Assembly (NCBI GenBank): GCA_034429745.1
Contig: DAOUFY010000005.1
Location: forward strand, 1,544-65,543
DNA length: 64,000 nucleotides
Source: Anaerolineales bacterium
GTDB lineage: Bacteria; Chloroflexota; Anaerolineae; Anaerolineales; DRKV01
Direction: 5' to 3'
Under the pieces are notes generated by a model. That model was given only the letters and a program-made list of their open reading frames with translations. It ran no database searches and was not told the origin of the DNA. Shown piece by piece: positions 50,356 through 60,648 of this stretch; position 1 is the stretch's first letter; each line of letters starts with the position of its first letter. The position numbers were made by a program, and so were the translations under genes.

Positions 50356-51156
50356 TTATTTTATATTGCTCCTTTTAGCAAAAAGATACCCCAAATATGA
50401 ATGCACCATATTCGGCTGAACTTGCACTTCAAAGCCATGCTGATGAAAAAATTCCACCAAATCTTGGTGAGAATAGGCAGTAACACCATCATGGTACTCC
50501 ATAGTAACTGCTCCAATACGCTGCAGAATGCTCTGTGTTAAAGAAAAAATTATTTCATATTCTGCTCCTTCGCAATCCATTTTTAATAAATGGCAAAAGG
50601 GTATTTCATCTCTTTCAAAAATTTGCCTAAGCGAGACAGCTTTCACGGATAAGTCCTTGTGGTGAGCAGTATAACTCCTTGTTGAATACTGCAAAGGTTC
50701 AGCGGAGTGCTGCTCAATGAAAACATACCCATCATTAGCACCTACGGCTTCATGATATGCTGTGATATTCGAAAATATATTTAGATTGATATTTTCCTGA
50801 AGTAAATGAAAAGTTTCAGAAAAAGCTTCAAATGCGATAACTTTTCCCTCAGGAGCAAGACTGCCTGCTAACAAAGAAAAATCTCCGACGCCGGCACCTA
50901 CATCCACAATATTCCAATTTTTTCCTATATTGAACCAGCCCTGTGGCAAGTAGAAATTATCTAAAAAGGTCTCTTTAATTGACCAGACGTCCATAGCGCT
51001 GCGCACATAAAAACGAAGATGATTTTTACGCAGCGTTAAAAGATAACGCTTCCCCAAACCAGAAAACAAAAATAGCCTTAAAACTGTAGGCGTTTCACAG
51101 AATCCATTAAGCAGTTTGATAATAGAAATCAGATAATAACTTGCTTTTCTCAACAT
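50356..51156 (-). CDS. FkbM family SAM-dependent methyltransferase
   Basis: VDVGAGVG.F, VIAFEA, LLKMDCEGAEYEI motifs. Confidence 0.9.
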   Translation of the reverse strand: MLRKASYYLISIIKLLNGFCETPTVLRLFLFSGLGKRYLLTLRKNHLRFYVRSAMDVWSIKETFLDNFYLPQGWFNIGKNWNIVDVGAGVGDFSLLAGSLAPEGKVIAFEAFSETFHLLQENINLNIFSNITAYHEAVGANDGYVFIEQHSAEPLQYSTRSYTAHHKDLSVKAVSLRQIFERDEIPFCHLLKMDCEGAEYEIIFSLTQSILQRIGAVTMEYHDGVTAYSHQDLVEFFHQHGFEVQVQPNMVHSYLGYLFAKRSNIK

Positions 51157-51381
51157 GAAAATTTATTATATCATCACATGTGAAGAAGCAACACAGGTTC
51201 TCTCTTATCTCTAAGGATCTCGCTTCAGTTATCCATATGAGAGAAGAGATTCTCGCTTCATTAAGGATCATCTTTTGTATTCCCTCTGAATGCGTGGTAA
51301 AATAGTTAATGAAAAGGGGATGAATCTTTATTCAATATACCCGCATAAGCGGGAAAACATGATTAAAGGAGTGTAAGGCTT

Positions 51382-52269
51382 ATGGAATCACAAACGGGAA
51401 CCTTTACAGTCAAGAAAGGTTTAGCTGAAATGCTTAAGGGTGGTGTAATCATGGATGTCGTTACACCCGAACATGCTCGGATCGCAGAAGACGCCGGCGC
51501 CGTTGCTGTAATGGCACTTGAAAGAGTGCCGGCAGACATTCGTGCTCATGGTGGGGTAGCACGCATGTCGGATCCAGAAATAATTCTCAAAATTATGGAT
51601 GCTGTTTCTATACCAGTTATGGCTAAATGCCGCATTGGGCACTTTGTTGAAGCACAAATATTAGAAGCGTTGGGTATTGACTATATTGACGAGTCTGAAG
51701 TGCTGACACCGGCAGATGAAGAGCACCATGTGAATAAGCACAATTTCAAAGTGCCTTTCGTTTGCGGAGCACGCAACCTTGGCGAGGCGCTTCGTCGCAT
51801 AGGTGAAGGAGCTGCCATGATTCGCACAAAAGGCGAAGCCGGCACAGGAGATATCGTAGAAGCCGTTCGCCATGCGCGCACAGTGCTAGGTGAAATTAGA
51901 CATCTAGTTGGCTTACCTGAAGAAGAGGTAATGGCGTATTCAAAATCAATTGGGGCGCCTTACGAGTTAGTGATGGAAACACGCCGCCTGCAGCGTTTGC
52001 CTGTAGTAAATTTTGCCGCCGGTGGGGTTGCCACACCAGCTGACGCCGCTTTGATGATGCAATTGGGAATGGATGGGGTTTTTGTAGGGTCAGGTATTTT
52101 TAAGTCCGGTGATCCAGCCAAACGCGCTGCCGCGATTGTTAAAGCCGTTACACACTACCAAGATCCGCATATTCTCGCAGAAGTAAGCCGCAATTTAGGT
52201 GAGCCAATGGTCGGCAGACAAATTTCCGCTATTCCTGAAGCTGAACTTATCGCTCAAAGAGGATGGTAA
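51382..52269 (+). CDS. pdxS: Pyridoxal 5'-phosphate synthase lyase subunit
   Basis: [57 protein letters not shown]. Confidence 0.98.
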   Translation: MESQTGTFTVKKGLAEMLKGGVIMDVVTPEHARIAEDAGAVAVMALERVPADIRAHGGVARMSDPEIILKIMDAVSIPVMAKCRIGHFVEAQILEALGIDYIDESEVLTPADEEHHVNKHNFKVPFVCGARNLGEALRRIGEGAAMIRTKGEAGTGDIVEAVRHARTVLGEIRHLVGLPEEEVMAYSKSIGAPYELVMETRRLQRLPVVNFAAGGVATPADAALMMQLGMDGVFVGSGIFKSGDPAKRAAAIVKAVTHYQDPHILAEVSRNLGEPMVGRQISAIPEAELIAQRGW

Positions 52270-52278
52270 TCATTATCT

Positions 52279-52872
52279 ATGGAAATTGGTGTTTTAGCGC
52301 TTCAAGGTGATTTTCGGGAACATATTACCATGCTGCAGCAATTAGGAGTCGGGGTTCACGCCATTCGTTTACCCGAACAACTTAAGCACATCAATGGTTT
52401 AATTATCCCCGGCGGAGAGTCAACAACCATCGGCAAATTAGCTGTAGATTTTAATCTTATACAACCCCTGCGTGAGTTCGCCCAACAGCACGCAATCTGG
52501 GGCACTTGCGCAGGAGCAATTTTCCTTTCCAAAGATGCTCGCAACAATCAACCATTGCTTGGAGTGATGGATATCACGGTAGAGCGCAACGCTTTTGGAA
52601 GGCAAGGCGAAAGCTTTGAAATTGATCTTCATGTACCTGCTTTGAAATCCGTCGGCAGTGATGAACCTTACCATGCAATTTTTATTCGAGCTCCTATTAT
52701 CGAATCAGTTCATGGTAGTGCAACAGTCTTAGCAACCTTGCCTAACGGTAAAATCGTAGCTGCTCAGCAAGGACATCTCCTAGCCACTTCATTTCATCCA
52801 GAATTAACTCAAGACGATCGCTTTCACCGTTATTTCCTCACACTAGTCCGGGATAGCAATAATGTGTTTTAA
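52279..52872 (+). CDS. pdxT: PLP synthase glutaminase subunit
   Basis: GVLALQG, PGGESTT, GTCAG, RNAFGRQ, FIRAP, FHPELT. Confidence 0.98.
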   Translation: MEIGVLALQGDFREHITMLQQLGVGVHAIRLPEQLKHINGLIIPGGESTTIGKLAVDFNLIQPLREFAQQHAIWGTCAGAIFLSKDARNNQPLLGVMDITVERNAFGRQGESFEIDLHVPALKSVGSDEPYHAIFIRAPIIESVHGSATVLATLPNGKIVAAQQGHLLATSFHPELTQDDRFHRYFLTLVRDSNNVF

Positions 52873-52874
52873 AT

Positions 52875-53870
52875 ATGGTCTTGCGTTGTTTTAATTGGAG
52901 AGATATTCCCATCTTGCACCGCTACAGGGATGAGATGATATTTTTGAATAGCGAGTTGATGTTAAAAAGCGGTTCGTTTAATATTTTCAAATCGCTTCTC
53001 TTTTCAGTTTTGCCGCTTGATTCAATGTTTACACTTGTAGGCAGCAACAAAGATAAAAATTCTTTTCAAATAAATCACGCATTAGGACAAGCATACTATC
53101 GCCCTGGAGAAGAACACGCTTACCTCACTTTCATCGCCCCCGAAAGCACGCTTATTCCCCAATTAGTATTCGCTATAATTGATGGCATAACTACTTGGGC
53201 AGGAAATCAAGGCGCACTACGCATACTTGCCGATATCGAAGAAAACCATCCATTGTTTGAAATACTGCGTCAGGCTGGTTTTTCAGTGTATGCTAGACAG
53301 CGAATATGGCAAGTAGTTCAAGCAGGACCGAGCAAACCGCTGGAAAAAACACAGAATCATTTCGTATGGCGGCCGGCATTATCTTCGGATTGGCAAGCCA
53401 TACAATCCTTATATCAAAGCCTTGTGCCAAACCTCATTCAACGCGTTGGACAACCTATGTTCAACTCTTCCAAGGGGCTGGTCTGCTATCAACATAACGA
53501 GCTTGCCGCCTACATTGAGTTTCGTTATGGAGTAAATGGTATTTGCGCCTATCCTCTCATTCATCCTGATGCCCCTGAAGTTGTTTTCTCTCTGCCTCAG
53601 GTAATGGATGAGTTGAGCGGAATTGCACCGCGTTTACAGCGCCCAGTATATGCTTTAATCAGCCATTACCAGAATTGGATCGAAAGCGCATTAGTCTCAC
53701 AAGGGGCACTTATCAGCATTACTCAAGCCTTAATGGTGAAACACTTAACCACTCGGCAACAGGTATTCCCTTCATTAATGCCTGTTCTTGAATTTGAATC
53801 ATCCCAAACGCAACCGCTCGCGTTTGTTTTAAGCGGAGATAAAACCTATGAGTCATGTACAAATCATTGA
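52875..53870 (+). CDS. Hypothetical protein, possible tandem GNAT-like fold
   Basis: MVLRCFNWRD.P start and R...SSDW.AI..LY internal repeat of GNAT-like beginnings; in an operon with pdxT and tmk. Confidence 0.5.
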   Translation: MVLRCFNWRDIPILHRYRDEMIFLNSELMLKSGSFNIFKSLLFSVLPLDSMFTLVGSNKDKNSFQINHALGQAYYRPGEEHAYLTFIAPESTLIPQLVFAIIDGITTWAGNQGALRILADIEENHPLFEILRQAGFSVYARQRIWQVVQAGPSKPLEKTQNHFVWRPALSSDWQAIQSLYQSLVPNLIQRVGQPMFNSSKGLVCYQHNELAAYIEFRYGVNGICAYPLIHPDAPEVVFSLPQVMDELSGIAPRLQRPVYALISHYQNWIESALVSQGALISITQALMVKHLTTRQQVFPSLMPVLEFESSQTQPLAFVLSGDKTYESCTNH

Positions 53871-55464
53871 TGATCTTGATGCTTTACTTAATGTATTGCC
53901 ACCTCACATCAAGAAAAGTGTTATTCAATTAAATAACAGTGATAAATTGTTGGAAATCATTCTCGACCTAGGTCGAGTTCCAACTGCTCGCTTTATTGAT
54001 GAGGAAGTCGTCCTTTCACAACAGGAAATTACTCATCAAGATATCAGCTACGTTGTGGATCACATTGGTCAATTTAACGATGATAACAGAGCTGGATTAG
54101 AGCGCACCTTGCATCGCATAGCAGCTATACGCAACCGTGCTCAAGATATTGTTGGGCTCACCTGTCGTGTAGGCCGCGCTGTTTATGGCACACTCGATAT
54201 AATCCAAGATATCATCGAAAGCGGTAAAAATGTCCTTCTCTTGGGTCAGCCGGGGGTTGGCAAAACCACCATGCTGCGCGAAGCTGCCAGAGTGCTTTCT
54301 GAAAAGAAAAGAGTGATTATTGTAGATACTTCTAACGAAATTGGCGGGGATGGAGATGTCCCCCACCCGGCAGTCGGCAAAGCACGCCGCATGCAAGTTG
54401 CCAAGCCGTCCCTGCAGCATGAAGTGATGATAGAAGCCGTAGAAAACCACTACCCACAGGTAATCATCATAGATGAAATTGGACGCGAGCTTGAAGCTGA
54501 AGCGGCACGTACTATAGCTGAAAGGGGTGTACAGCTCATCGGCACAGCCCATGGGTACACGTTAGAAAATTTGCTTCTCAACCCAACTCTTTCAGATTTG
54601 GTTGGTGGAATTGACGCAGTTACCCTTTCGGATGAAGAAGCTCGCCGCCGTAATACCCAAAAAACGGTATTGGAACGCCGTTCTCCGCCAACCTTTGATG
54701 TACTGATTGAACTGCAAACCCGCGATCGCGTCGCTATTCATCATGACGTAGCCAGCGCTGTAGATACACTTTTACGTGGCCGCCCCATGCCCCCGGAAAT
54801 TCGCTATCGCGATGAATACGGCAAAATTCATATTGAAACACCGCCACCTACTGCAAGCAATTGGCAAACCTCGCAAGGAGGGCTAAAACGTCAAAACGGC
54901 AATGGCAAATCCTTGCCCATTCACTCAACCGCTGATGTGGTTCTAGAAGAAGCCACTGTTGATTACAATCCTAGCAACGATGCCGGAAGAACAGTTCCGC
55001 TGCAGCCTATCCGCATATACCCCTACGGGGTAGCGCGCAACCGGCTCAGTCAAGCAGCCAAGCGGCTTGGAGTACCAGCAGTACTCGTTAACGATGTTGC
55101 CGAAGCTGAGACACTGGTAACACTGCGCACCTATTACCGCAAACGCCAGCAAACCGTTATGGACGCTGAACGGCGCGGTGTGCCAATCTACGTATTGCGT
55201 TCCAACACGATCAACCAAATGCAATCCTACTTAAGCGAACTGTTCGACTTAAATAACCTTCGCCATGGAGAAGGAAACGAAGAAAAAGCCTTCCAAGAAA
55301 CTCAAGCTGCTATCGAAGCGGTACTACGCGGCGAACCATGGGTAGACTTATCTCCAGCTTCTTCCTATTTGCGCCGTCAGCAGCATGAGATGGCTCGCCG
55401 TGCCAACCTCCTTTCGCATTCTCTTGGCAAAGACCCTTACCGGCGAGTGAGGATCTATCGCTGA
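53848..55464 (+). CDS. SpoIIIAA/Ycf45-like AAA+ ATPase with C-terminal R3H domain
   Basis: GQPGVGKTT, VDTSNEIGGDG, IIDEIG, GTAHG; C-terminal RRQQH...S.G.DPYRRVRIY. Confidence 0.9.
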   Translation: MSHVQIIDDLDALLNVLPPHIKKSVIQLNNSDKLLEIILDLGRVPTARFIDEEVVLSQQEITHQDISYVVDHIGQFNDDNRAGLERTLHRIAAIRNRAQDIVGLTCRVGRAVYGTLDIIQDIIESGKNVLLLGQPGVGKTTMLREAARVLSEKKRVIIVDTSNEIGGDGDVPHPAVGKARRMQVAKPSLQHEVMIEAVENHYPQVIIIDEIGRELEAEAARTIAERGVQLIGTAHGYTLENLLLNPTLSDLVGGIDAVTLSDEEARRRNTQKTVLERRSPPTFDVLIELQTRDRVAIHHDVASAVDTLLRGRPMPPEIRYRDEYGKIHIETPPPTASNWQTSQGGLKRQNGNGKSLPIHSTADVVLEEATVDYNPSNDAGRTVPLQPIRIYPYGVARNRLSQAAKRLGVPAVLVNDVAEAETLVTLRTYYRKRQQTVMDAERRGVPIYVLRSNTINQMQSYLSELFDLNNLRHGEGNEEKAFQETQAAIEAVLRGEPWVDLSPASSYLRRQQHEMARRANLLSHSLGKDPYRRVRIYR

Positions 55465-56090
55465 TGTTCATCTCCTTTGAAGGACCTGATGGAAGCGGCA
55501 AAACCACACAGGTTTCTTTGCTCGCTTCCTTTTTAAGAAATAATGGATGGGATGTTCTTACCACCCGAGAACCCGGCGGCACACTCATTGGAGAGCAAGT
55601 GCGTACCATCCTCGCTGAGAAAAATAACACCAGCATTCGCCCGCGGACTGAAGTTTTGCTTTTCCAAGCTTCGCGGGCTCAGTTGGTGGAAGAGATCATT
55701 AAGCCCCACTTAAACCGCGGCGGAATTCTGCTTTCCGATCGCTTTGCCGATTCAACTCTCGCCTATCAAGGTTATGGGCACCAACTCGATCTGAAGCAAC
55801 TTTACCCCGTAATAGAATTCGCCACCGGCGGCTTAAAACCTGACTTAACAATATTTCTTGATATTGATGTTGAAGAAGGACTAAAGCGGCGCGCTAGTGC
55901 CGGTGAGTGGAATCGCCTTGACGCTTACGAAGCCGCCTTTCATCGCCGCGCCTATGCCGGCTATCAAGCTCTCATCCAAGCTGAACCTGAGCGTTGGGTT
56001 AAAGTTGATGCAACCCATTCTATTGATCAAATCCATCAAAGGATTTGTGATATTGTCGAGAAGCGCTTAGCCGGTTTTAAACGCAAATAA
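55464..56090 (+). CDS. tmk: Thymidylate kinase
   Basis: FEGPDGSGKTTQ, TREPGGT, DRF.DST.AYQG, PDLT motifs. Confidence 0.97.
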   Translation: MFISFEGPDGSGKTTQVSLLASFLRNNGWDVLTTREPGGTLIGEQVRTILAEKNNTSIRPRTEVLLFQASRAQLVEEIIKPHLNRGGILLSDRFADSTLAYQGYGHQLDLKQLYPVIEFATGGLKPDLTIFLDIDVEEGLKRRASAGEWNRLDAYEAAFHRRAYAGYQALIQAEPERWVKVDATHSIDQIHQRICDIVEKRLAGFKRK

Positions 56091-56280
56091 TATTATTTCA
56101 ACTCCATCTGCCTTCACCGTAAAGAAATGCTTTTTTTCACCAATAGCTGTGGCTTAGTGGCAAAGCTTCACATTCTCTTATAGACAACGACTATATTTTG
56201 GAATCCAATGCTCTTGGCTGCTTTTGCGCATACTCCTTTAATGCAAAGTTCGAATGAACAGATTGGAGTGTTAAAAACAA

Positions 56281-56823
56281 CTATTTGAAAAAATACACCG
56301 TCCACCAATGAAATGGGATAAAAAGTGTCAATTCACCAATCGCAACGCCTATGACCGCACCTACAAAAACATCAGAAAAATAATGTACCCCCATCATTAC
56401 TCGCGAAAAGCTTACCATTATCGCATAAACTAGCAGCAAGATGCCAACCCAAAATGGACCAAGAGCTAGCCCAACAACCGTAAGCATTGCACAACGAGCA
56501 GCATGCCCGGAAGGGAAAGAATGCGGATTAGCAATACGGTATATTTTTCCCCATTCACCTACCGGCCTACTGCGGCGCACACTGTATTTAAACACAAATA
56601 CCACTGCTGCGGTTAGCAAAGTGCCAATAAACATCACTAAGGCAAGTTGCTTCCAGCTTCCAATTCCCCATAACCATAAACATCCAATTAAAAGTAAGGA
56701 TATCCATGGATCTGCAGAATGAGTGAAAATAATTGCTAGAGCACGTAAAAAAGGGGTTTTTTCATAATGGCGTAACTTCGCCGAAATATTTTCATCCCAC
56801 TGTGTTAATTGTTTCCAATCCAT
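56281..56823 (-). CDS. PAP2 family phosphatase
   Basis: K...RR.RP, SFPSGH, SRV..GVHY.SDV motifs. Confidence 0.92.
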   Translation of the reverse strand: MDWKQLTQWDENISAKLRHYEKTPFLRALAIIFTHSADPWISLLLIGCLWLWGIGSWKQLALVMFIGTLLTAAVVFVFKYSVRRSRPVGEWGKIYRIANPHSFPSGHAARCAMLTVVGLALGPFWVGILLLVYAIMVSFSRVMMGVHYFSDVFVGAVIGVAIGELTLFIPFHWWTVYFFK

Positions 56824-57598
56824 GCTCAACATAAGCTCGCTGAAGGTCTTGCACCACCAAATGATAATGAGCAGGCTTATCCACGTCCATGCCTAATTCA
56901 GGATATGGGCAAAGAATAGCTCGACCGCGCACTCCAACTTTTTGAGCTACTTTCTGTGCCACTTTTTCCAATGTCCAGAGGCGGAACAGAAAGGCTAAAA
57001 AAACATCAAAGCCAATCAAGGAAGCCTGTTTGAAAGCATTTTTCCGAGTTGCAAAAAGTTTTTGCCACAATAGAGGACGATGTGTAATCACTTGCACATC
57101 AAAAGCATGAACATCAGCCCCACAAACTTCTACATCTTTTAGTTGATAATACGAACGCCGTGCTTGAGGAAAACGAGATTCCATTGTCTTTCGGGAAATA
57201 ACTGTATAATATACCTCGTCATCGCTTTTCAGAACTTCATCTACAAACCAATCTAACATAAAGCCCTTCAATACAGGTATATCAGAAGAAATAGCGATTA
57301 CTTTCTTCCCTAAAGGCTCAATTTTTTGAAGCGTTTTTACAGCAGCTAAAAGGTTTTCAAATAAACCACCCTGTTGAGGCAAAATCGTCATTGGCTTAGT
57401 ACAATAGAGAGGAATATCCTCTTCTAGACCCACTACAACAACGCGGTTGATAAAGGTTGATTCACTTACTGCATCAAGCACCCATTGAATCATGGGTCTT
57501 CCAGCAATGTTCAATAATGCTTTAGGTTTGCCGAGTGTAAATTCAAATAATGGCTCACCTACTTGAGGTGTTCCGCCGGCAGTAATAATGGCATTCAT
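56792..57598 (-). CDS. MobA-like nucleotidyltransferase (NTP_transf family)
   Basis: AIITAGG, PKALL.IAGRPMI.WV, SSDIP, DVDKP; ATG 57598 overlaps the upstream TAA. Confidence 0.8.
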   Translation of the reverse strand: MNAIITAGGTPQVGEPLFEFTLGKPKALLNIAGRPMIQWVLDAVSESTFINRVVVVGLEEDIPLYCTKPMTILPQQGGLFENLLAAVKTLQKIEPLGKKVIAISSDIPVLKGFMLDWFVDEVLKSDDEVYYTVISRKTMESRFPQARRSYYQLKDVEVCGADVHAFDVQVITHRPLLWQKLFATRKNAFKQASLIGFDVFLAFLFRLWTLEKVAQKVAQKVGVRGRAILCPYPELGMDVDKPAHYHLVVQDLQRAYVEHGLETINTVG

Positions 57599-58515
57599 TA
57601 ACATTGCTTATCCTGCAACTCCTGCAATTGAGGAGAAAAATTCAATTCATCAAGCATGGCATTCAATTCACTTATTGTAAGTGATCGCTTTTTGCCAGAA
57701 ACAGCAATGAGCGCAGCTTCCATCATATTCGTCCCAAAAGAGCGTCCATCCAGGATAGGTGTCGTCGTAAGCAAATACTTGGCTCCGCTCTCGCGATAAA
57801 GTTGCACATCTTCCGGAGTAGTCGTGTTGGTTACAATTATTTTTCCCTCAAGTTTGGGGGGCATATAGCGCTTGATATAATGGCAATCTCCAGCAATTAT
57901 TGATGCCCACTGATAAAGGTCGCTCCATTTTGGTGTTCGTACTTCTTGTTTTTCACCAGTCGGATATACCCACTCAAAGGGCAGCCTGCCAACAATAGGC
58001 ATCAGCATGGCGGCTAAAACCTTTAAACTGCTTGGCTTACGCACAGGTATTGGAATACCTAAACTGAAAAAGAAGTCGCCAAAGATCGTATCATATCCAG
58101 CTTGGTAAAAAGACATTGCCATGCCCCAACGGTCAATAGCTACCGTAACCAAAGCTTTGCGGCTTACCTTGTCTAAATAATCACCGATTTCCTTTTCCAA
58201 TACTGCCGCACAGCGGTTTTCTAATGTGTTTTTTAACCCAGTTCCATCTGTATATGGTGTGTGACGAATAAACCGAAACAGAGGCTGTACAGAATAAAGG
58301 GGGTACCAGCGCTGATCAACTAACAAACCCAAGTCTGTACCGCCCACTCCAAATGCGTCCACCTTTCCGTCATATTCCTTAAAGAGCTGAGCGGCTTTTT
58401 CCATATCGCCGTCAGTTCCTATGCGTTCAAGAATGACTTTTTCACCTAGGAGGGTAATTTCAACGCGCTTATTGCGCTTTGATGAACCAATACTGATGCT
58501 TATTGCGTGCTTCAT
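57598..58515 (-). CDS. Conserved hypothetical Rossmann-like protein (often auto-labelled quinate 5-dehydrogenase)
   Basis: SISIGSSKRN, ERIGTDGD, DAFGVGG, DG.GLK.TLE, GD.HYI, GRSFGTN.MEA patterns; function unverified. Confidence 0.6.
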   Translation of the reverse strand: MKHAISISIGSSKRNKRVEITLLGEKVILERIGTDGDMEKAAQLFKEYDGKVDAFGVGGTDLGLLVDQRWYPLYSVQPLFRFIRHTPYTDGTGLKNTLENRCAAVLEKEIGDYLDKVSRKALVTVAIDRWGMAMSFYQAGYDTIFGDFFFSLGIPIPVRKPSSLKVLAAMLMPIVGRLPFEWVYPTGEKQEVRTPKWSDLYQWASIIAGDCHYIKRYMPPKLEGKIIVTNTTTPEDVQLYRESGAKYLLTTTPILDGRSFGTNMMEAALIAVSGKKRSLTISELNAMLDELNFSPQLQELQDKQC

Positions 58516-58942
58516 AATAATTCATTTATTCTAACACCTTTTACGCGAAAAGGGTATAAATTATTCCCCTCTTTTTGCTGTTTTGAAATATCGTGCTCGT
58601 CATTTCCATGCCTAGCAATCTGGTATAATTGGGAAAAAATAAAAACCAAAAGGGTGGTATATCATTTCATCCAATAATACGTAAAAATAGAGGGCACGAC
58701 ATTTGAAACTTGTAAATATTTGATGCCGCTTAGCTAACAAGCTAGATTTGAAGTCGAAACTTTCTTCGCCTCCAATATTATTAAGCACTTTATAAAGGTT
58801 CCTCGTTCTGAAAGAATCGATACAGATTGGATCATCGTTTTACGGAAATCAAATGTCTCCTCATAAGCCAGAAAGAGCAGAAATCGGTAAGCAAGCCTCA
58901 ATACACGAAAGCTAATTATTATCAAACACTTTTCATATTGCC

Positions 58943-60556
58943 ATGCAGCATAATTTAAAGTCAACCTTAACCAAAGGGTTTTTTTTCTTTCTATTAACCA
59001 TCATTTTTGCCCTCATCTATACCCAAGCTCCATTATATTCCTCCAACCAGAATTTGTACTTTCTTTATGGGTTAGCAAAAGCTGGTCAAAACCATCTATC
59101 CGCCGACTGGTTAGCTAATACTACCGACCCTGTGCCTTTCTTCAGCTTCCTAGTGTACGCCATTGCCTCTTTACCAAATGGGGAAATTGGTTTTTATCTC
59201 TTTTACGCCTTGCTGCAAGGAATATATCTAGCAAGTTTATTGGGTATCGTATTTACCTTGTTCCAAATAAAACCAACCATGATGGATTGGCAAGCCCTTT
59301 GGAGTAAAAATGATACAGCACATCGCGAGCGAGCAATTCAGGCATTGATTGCCATTACCATTATCCTCATTCTGCACTCTGCTGCTCTGCGTTTTGTATT
59401 GTCGAAATCTTTAGGAGAAGAGTGGGTTTTCCTTTTGGAAGGAGGAGTTGCATTTCAGAGAATCTTAGGCTTAGTGCTGCAGCCAAGTGTTTTTGCAGTT
59501 TTCTTAGTTTCAAGCATATACTTTGGGATTCAGCGGCGCTACATAAGCGCAATTTTTTGTGCTGCACTCGCTGCTACATTTCATCCAACCTATCTGCTAG
59601 CTGCAGGGTTGCTCATTATGATGTGGAATATACAGCTATGGCAAGATAGCCGAGCAAATAGCCCAACTAATAGCACATTTTCACATTGGAAACCCCCACT
59701 AACTGCCATAATAATATCCGCAGTTTGTTTAGCTCCTACCCTAATCCTTACCGTAAGTCATTTTCTTGGCACTCCAGCAAGTGAAGCTCAAGCAGCCCAA
59801 AGTATTCTTGTCAATTTTAGGTTTCCACACCATGCAATTCCAAGCAAGTGGTGGAATCCCTCAGTGATTGTTCAGCTGCTGCTGTGTACTGCAACCTTAT
59901 GGATCATTCGACGCGATCGTCTTTTTTCTGTAATGGCGGTATTATTCTTTACCGCAATAAGCTTAACTCTGCTTCAAATCATTATTCACAACACAACCCT
60001 AGCCCTGCTTTTTCCTTGGCGATTATCCATATTGCTGGTGCCATTATCATCTTCTATAGTTTCTATGGCTTTATTTGGCTACTTTTGGAAAAGGATTAAA
60101 ATCACACCGAATCAGATGCGCTTAATCGAATGGGCTTGTTTTATCCTAATCGCTATTCTTCTCGGCATAGGAATCATAAGAATCAAACTCGATTTCGAGC
60201 GAAAATCAGCCGCAGATGATTTGCCTGTAGCCTTATACGCAAAACAAACTCTCCCTTCCAACAGCTTAATACTGATACCGCCAAAAATGGAAGATTTTCG
60301 CATTAACTCAGGTTTTCCTGTGTACGTAGATTTTAAGTCTCACCCATACCGCAGCAACGAAGTTTTAGAGTGGTACCGCAGAATCAAACTCGCTAATCGC
60401 TTTTACAATAAATACAACTGTCAAGTTTTTCAACAAATTATCAAAGAAGGCATTACTCACCTTGTATTGCCAAAAACTCATCACTTTAACTGTACCACTC
60501 CCATAAAAGAGCTTTACAGTGATTCTGCCTACTTCCTCTTTGCTATTGCCAATTAA
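58943..60556 (+). CDS. Polytopic membrane protein (DUF6798-like, possible GT-C fold)
   Basis: Many TMs; YSSNQNLYF..G...DW..NT.DP.P.FS N-terminal loop, FHPTY, RFPHH, PVYVDFKSHP, EWY.R motifs. Confidence 0.55.
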   Translation: MQHNLKSTLTKGFFFFLLTIIFALIYTQAPLYSSNQNLYFLYGLAKAGQNHLSADWLANTTDPVPFFSFLVYAIASLPNGEIGFYLFYALLQGIYLASLLGIVFTLFQIKPTMMDWQALWSKNDTAHRERAIQALIAITIILILHSAALRFVLSKSLGEEWVFLLEGGVAFQRILGLVLQPSVFAVFLVSSIYFGIQRRYISAIFCAALAATFHPTYLLAAGLLIMMWNIQLWQDSRANSPTNSTFSHWKPPLTAIIISAVCLAPTLILTVSHFLGTPASEAQAAQSILVNFRFPHHAIPSKWWNPSVIVQLLLCTATLWIIRRDRLFSVMAVLFFTAISLTLLQIIIHNTTLALLFPWRLSILLVPLSSSIVSMALFGYFWKRIKITPNQMRLIEWACFILIAILLGIGIIRIKLDFERKSAADDLPVALYAKQTLPSNSLILIPPKMEDFRINSGFPVYVDFKSHPYRSNEVLEWYRRIKLANRFYNKYNCQVFQQIIKEGITHLVLPKTHHFNCTTPIKELYSDSAYFLFAIAN

Positions 60557-60648
60557 ATATTTGCTTAACTTTTTCAGTTTTTGCTTGTTGTTTTCGGAAA
60601 ATATAGTACAATGAAAAAGGGTAAGAAAGACTGATAGGAAGTACATTC

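Noticed and set aside
56166-56232. Short minus-strand ORF MRKSSQEHWIPKYSRCL with upstream AAGGAG
   Set aside because: The RBS is only 1 nt from the ATG, 17 codons, no supporting features.
58516-58942. Long intergenic gap and the 76-aa ORF 58734-58964 as an ncRNA or small gene
   Set aside because: No recognisable RNA motif or RBS; the ORF overlaps the next gene and lacks family features; consistent with divergent promoters.
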